From Bdellovibrionota bacterium (GTDB taxonomy: Bacteria > Bdellovibrionota_C > UBA2361 > CALJRW01), in the NCBI GenBank assembly GCA_041740355.1, contig JBGSMD010000020.1, positions 17,608 through 81,607 on the forward strand: a stretch of 64,000 nt of DNA, read 5' to 3'. The translations under genes were made by a program, and so were the position numbers. Below are positions 59,974-64,000 of this stretch, in pieces. The notes beneath the pieces were generated by a model, which was given only the letters and a program-made list of their open reading frames with translations, did no database searches and had not been told where the DNA came from. Numbering within the stretch: the stretch's first letter is position 1; every line of letters begins with the position of its first letter.

Positions 59974-61055
59974 GGCAGTTCCGCGACTGGCAAGTTATAA
60001 ACCTGTCCATTTTTAATCGTTTTCATTAGAAACTTTAGTCCTTCAATATCTCCACTAGCATTGTAACTATATTGACCAAAGATACCTGGAAATTTATTTT
60101 GATACAGAAAACTTCGCGCATCATCTCCGCTCTTGATAGCTAAATCCAAAGAACGAAAAGCTTCAAAGCTGGAAGCAAACATTATCTCCCAACCATTTAA
60201 TTTATACAGTTTGATAAACTGCCTCAGTAACTCATTGCCTTCACTAGTAAAAACATCGCTAGCGCTTGGTCGATCCGCAAAGATCAGGCCGTCCGCCAAA
60301 CTACCTGCTTTTGCTCTAAATGTCGCACTACCTGGCATGTAGGCACCATAGATCGGTAAACTTAAGTTCATTTCCTTAGCAGCTTTTAACGCCAAAAGAA
60401 AAGTAGCTTCTGTTTGTGAATTAATTAATAATCCTTCAATTCCTTTAGATTTTAATCTTAGCAATAAACTTTTATAATCAAATTCTTTAGTACTAAAATT
60501 TTCTGAAAATATTTCCACTGTGTTGCTAGAGTTATTGTTATTCAATGAATCAACAATACTCTGTGAGAAATCAGTTTCCTCACTAATTACACCAAATTTT
60601 CTATGTTTAGCTTTAATATAGTCAAAAAGAATCTTAGCAACGTCATCATTACTGGGCACAGTGCGGAAGATATAGTCCCCTGATTTAGAAATAGCGGGAG
60701 AAGAGGCGCTAGATGAAATTGTAAGAATCTTATTCTGTTCATAAAGATTGGCCGTTGCTAATAGTGTACTACTACAGGCAAATCCTAAAACATACTTTAC
60801 TTGATCAACTTCAATCAGTTTCCGAGCAACGCTCACTGCTGTTTTGGCATCACACATGTCATCTTCTATGACGAGCTGATACTTTCCATTAGCCAAAACT
60901 TGATTAGCAAAAATTAATGAATTTTTAATGTCTATGCCATATGTACTAGCATTACCTGTTAATGCAACGGACACTCCAATTTTGATTGGCTCTTCCGCAT
61001 GGCAGATCTGTAATAAATTAAATAAAACAATTAATAAAAGATAATGATAACGCAT
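59970..61055 (-). CDS. Branched-chain amino acid ABC substrate-binding protein (LivJ-like)
   Basis: IKIGVSVALTG, IEDDMCD, GFACSS, YIFRTVP. Confidence 0.88.
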   Translation of the reverse strand: MRYHYLLLIVLFNLLQICHAEEPIKIGVSVALTGNASTYGIDIKNSLIFANQVLANGKYQLVIEDDMCDAKTAVSVARKLIEVDQVKYVLGFACSSTLLATANLYEQNKILTISSSASSPAISKSGDYIFRTVPSNDDVAKILFDYIKAKHRKFGVISEETDFSQSIVDSLNNNNSSNTVEIFSENFSTKEFDYKSLLLRLKSKGIEGLLINSQTEATFLLALKAAKEMNLSLPIYGAYMPGSATFRAKAGSLADGLIFADRPSASDVFTSEGNELLRQFIKLYKLNGWEIMFASSFEAFRSLDLAIKSGDDARSFLYQNKFPGIFGQYSYNASGDIEGLKFLMKTIKNGQVYNLPVAELP

Positions 61056-61707
61056 TTTTTATTTAATAATATACCCAATCAGGGGAGCCCATTTCTGCTT
61101 CACTTTTGAATCCCAATTACTCAACTTAAATGTTAATTACGAAACAGAGGACATATTACTAATTTCAAAAGTTAGCATCTCCACATCGCCTTCACAAGTA
61201 GGCCTGTGGATCAAACCTTTGCAACGTGCTGCCCATATAACAAAGTTACTAGGCCTACTAATAATATTTATTAGTTGTAGAGGTAAATTTCCAAGAGCTA
61301 CACAAAGAACAGCTTCTTGAGCATCTTGCTCACCTGGCAAGTAAGCATAGTTCCATGAATTGAATAATTAGTGCTAGCAGCAGGAAAAATCTTGGCTGCA
61401 TATAGATTAAGATTGGAAACAAAAAGCGCTTTTAAGTGCCGCTCTATTATTACATAACTGACCTAATGCAATCGTATTATTAACTACTCAGTATTGTATA
61501 TTGCTTTAAGTTTAATGAACTTAGAATGCCCACAGGAATGGGAACTTTACTAATTTTTTATTTTGCCAATATGTCCAGCGTGGATGGTTATAGTAGATAT
61601 ATACACCCTCTTCTCCCCATTTTCTCAATTTTTACTGCATCAGCAATCTGGATATTGTTAAAACAAAGTAACTTTATTTACTCCAAATTTTTACAATTAA
61701 AATAAAA

Positions 61708-62194
61708 TTATTCATTTTTGGTTTTTAGCTTCATACAAGAATTTAATTCGATAATCTGAGTTTCTGAAGTTTGGTGAGAAAGTGGATTCGGAAAATTTGG
61801 TCGAACATTCCCCTTAGTTCTTTCGATATTATAGATAGAAATTGCATTTGTCACGGCACAATTTAGTAAACCAATTGCTGTGGAAACATTTTTATTAGCA
61901 ATTATCTTAGCAACATTTTCCAATGTCATTCAGTATTGCTAAATGAAAATTTGATCTTTTGGAAGATAATACTACTGGTCCTATCTCAATAATTAATACA
62001 CTAATTTTATTCAACAATTTTTGTTTTTCATCCTCCAAACTATTCTTTTGAAATAACAATTTCTGAGTACAGTCAATCAATTCAGCAGAAAGTTGGGCAC
62101 AGGGATCGTTAGCTTGCTTAGCAACAACCTTTAAGGCCACTATTGCTCGCTCTGCTTCTTGTTGATTACTAATACTTAGCAAGGTGTCCTTCAT
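61708..62194 (-). pseudogene. Two overlapping short ORFs, possibly one frameshifted gene
   Basis: 61907-62194 and 61708-61929 overlap by 23 nt in different frames within a low-coding region. Confidence 0.35.
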
Positions 62195-63002
62195 ATAAAT
62201 CTATCAGTAGCAAATTATTGGCAATAAAGGTTTAAGTTAATTACTAATCGTCTATTACTAGTTAGAACTAAAGCAATCAAAAAAATTTATTTTGATTATA
62301 AAATTGATAATGTGAAAGTAAGAATGTGTTCTCTATAATCATTAGCTTTAATGAATGCAATGACTTCCAAAAATACAATTAACTATGAAGCAATTGATAT
62401 TGTTACCGTTTTTATTTATTTACTCTTAAATTATTATAACTAACTTTCAGATAGAGGTTTAAAGTTTATAAAGCTTCTTAACTTCCAGAAATCTTAATGT
62501 AATTATAATAAACTTAGGTTATTATCCGCAGTAACTTCAGCGAAGGTGCAAGCATCAACCTAGGGGGAAGTGAGGAGGGAAACGAAAGAGGTATAGAAAA
62601 TGGAAACCCAAGCTTTAAAAGACGATAAACATTGCTGTTTACAAACTCAATCTTTAAACGCGAGTCGCACCAAGTACAATTTGACTTCCAACTGGGCTGA
62701 AAAAGCTTGCGGCTAACATTAGAAAAAAATTTTAGAATACTTCCACCAAGGAATAATATTGCCATTTGTTAACAATTATTCGGCTGACAATAAGACATAA
62801 TGCAGCCATGGACATGGCATTTCCCCCATAACTAGACGTAGTTCTTGAAACTCTTAAAGGGAACTCCCTTTTGTAATTGTTTGGGGTTTCAATGCCGATC
62901 GATCTCCAATCTCTAGCGATATATTTTCTAATACCTAGAATCTGTTCTAATGAAAGGCACTCTAAATGATTAATTGCCTTTTCATTTTATAATATATAAA
63001 TT

Positions 63003-63620
63003 TTAAACTTTAGCGTTTCGAATTGTAACAATATATTTTTCTTGGAAGAATTCTTCTGTGTAAAAACTGCTTATTGGCGTTACGTCAGAAATCAATCCTT
63101 TAGGTAATTTTAATAATTCTTTCTGAATATCTCCCCCTTTTAAACATACTAAAATCCCGTCAGGAGTTAGTAAGTGCTTACAATATTTCCAAAGTTGTAT
63201 ACTATCAGCCACTGCTCGAATAACTATAAAGTCATAAAGTTCTTTTAGATCTTCTGCTCGCTTCTGCTCAGCAATTACATTTGTTAAACTTAATTCTTTA
63301 GCAACTGCTTCTACTACAGTGATTTTCTTCTTAATGCCATCAACTAAATGAAAATTACAGTTGGGGAAATAAATTGCCAAAGGTATTCCAGGAAAACCTC
63401 CACCTGTCCCTAAATCTAAAATTCTTGATCTTTCCCGAAATATTACTTGTTTACAGATTGCTAAGGAGTGAAGCACATGGCGTTCCTCTAAATTTTGGAG
63501 ATCACTTCTTGAGATTACGTTAATTTTTTTATTCCATTCTTGATATAAGGCAGGTAGCTTAGCCAGTTGTTGATTTTGGAGACAAGTTAAGTCCGGAAAA
63601 TATTTTTCTATAAATTGCAT
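63003..63620 (-). CDS. rsmG: 16S rRNA m7G527 methyltransferase
   Basis: WNKKINVIS, HVLHSL, LDLGTGGGFPGIPLAI, RAE, RAV, LKG. Confidence 0.95.
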   Translation of the reverse strand: MQFIEKYFPDLTCLQNQQLAKLPALYQEWNKKINVISRSDLQNLEERHVLHSLAICKQVIFRERSRILDLGTGGGFPGIPLAIYFPNCNFHLVDGIKKKITVVEAVAKELSLTNVIAEQKRAEDLKELYDFIVIRAVADSIQLWKYCKHLLTPDGILVCLKGGDIQKELLKLPKGLISDVTPISSFYTEEFFQEKYIVTIRNAKV

Positions 63621-63860
63621 TATTCAAACTTATCCCGTTTCAATGTAAAACTCAAAAGCTAAACGACATTAGTAAAGTTCGGATTCAAATTGATGAATTA
63701 TCCTTGTCCTTGAGCGAATTAATAGAATCCACCCTCTCCAAGGAAAATACATTCATTAATGGAAATATAAGAAATGTGCCTGCTAGAAATTTAATCCTTT
63801 TGCTTTAAAAAACTCAGCTTGTGATGCGCTAAAAATTAAGTTCTGATGTTTAAATCAATA

Positions 63861-64000
63861 TATAGAGAGTCCAAAAAATAAATTACGTAAGTAAATTACT
63901 TTTTGGAGCTATCTATCCCCCGGAGGGATAATAAAATTATATAGTTATGACAAAAAACAAGTAACTTTATTTTAACTATACGTAATTTATTTTTTGTCAT
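63861..64000 (+). repeat. Family R1 composite repeat (A-linker-B; cut by window end)
   Basis: TATAGAGAGTCCAAAAAATAAATTACG...TTTTTGGAGCTATCTATCCCCCGGAGGGATAATAAAATTATATAGTTATGACAAAAAA...TTTTTTGTCAT. Confidence 0.9.

Noticed and set aside
6839-64000. R1 repeats as a CRISPR array or integron attC sites
   Set aside because: Dispersed rather than tandem, no unique spacers and no cas or integrase gene; ends are TATAG/CTATA, not RYYYAAC/GTTRRRY, and they flank housekeeping genes in both orientations

Overview
AT-rich bacterial chromosomal window. The gene mix (eukaryote/archaeal-type ProRS, PsrA-like TetR, several ECF sigmas, secreted proteases, injectisome-like genes) suggests a deltaproteobacterial/Bdellovibrionota-like lineage; this is inference only. 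Most of it is housekeeping: kdsB fragment, purKE, lspA, mltD-like, dacB, leuA, tyrA-like, pheA, proS, rsgA, ung, rsmG. Most notable items: (1) a stand-alone gene fusing an RRM RNA-binding domain to ribosomal protein bS18, with its own promoter and terminator; (2) a translationally coupled MmeI-like type IIL R-M + DUF3800 cassette, followed by a candidate convergent ~65-nt small RNA; (3) a dense family of modular TATAG...CTATA-bounded palindromic repeats (about a dozen full or partial copies) plus a second 200-bp repeat family; (4) a small injectisome-like cluster (FliA-like sigma, SctJ, needle/rod-like protein, SctV) with two matching sigma28-like promoters, where the needle-like gene is bracketed by inverted repeat copies; (5) a Shemin-pathway 5-aminolevulinate synthase, an unannotated 29-aa bS22/mS38-like protein and a C12orf65-like GGQ factor. 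I saw no rRNA, tRNA, CRISPR array or transposase. All calls come from reading motifs by eye; no searches were run.
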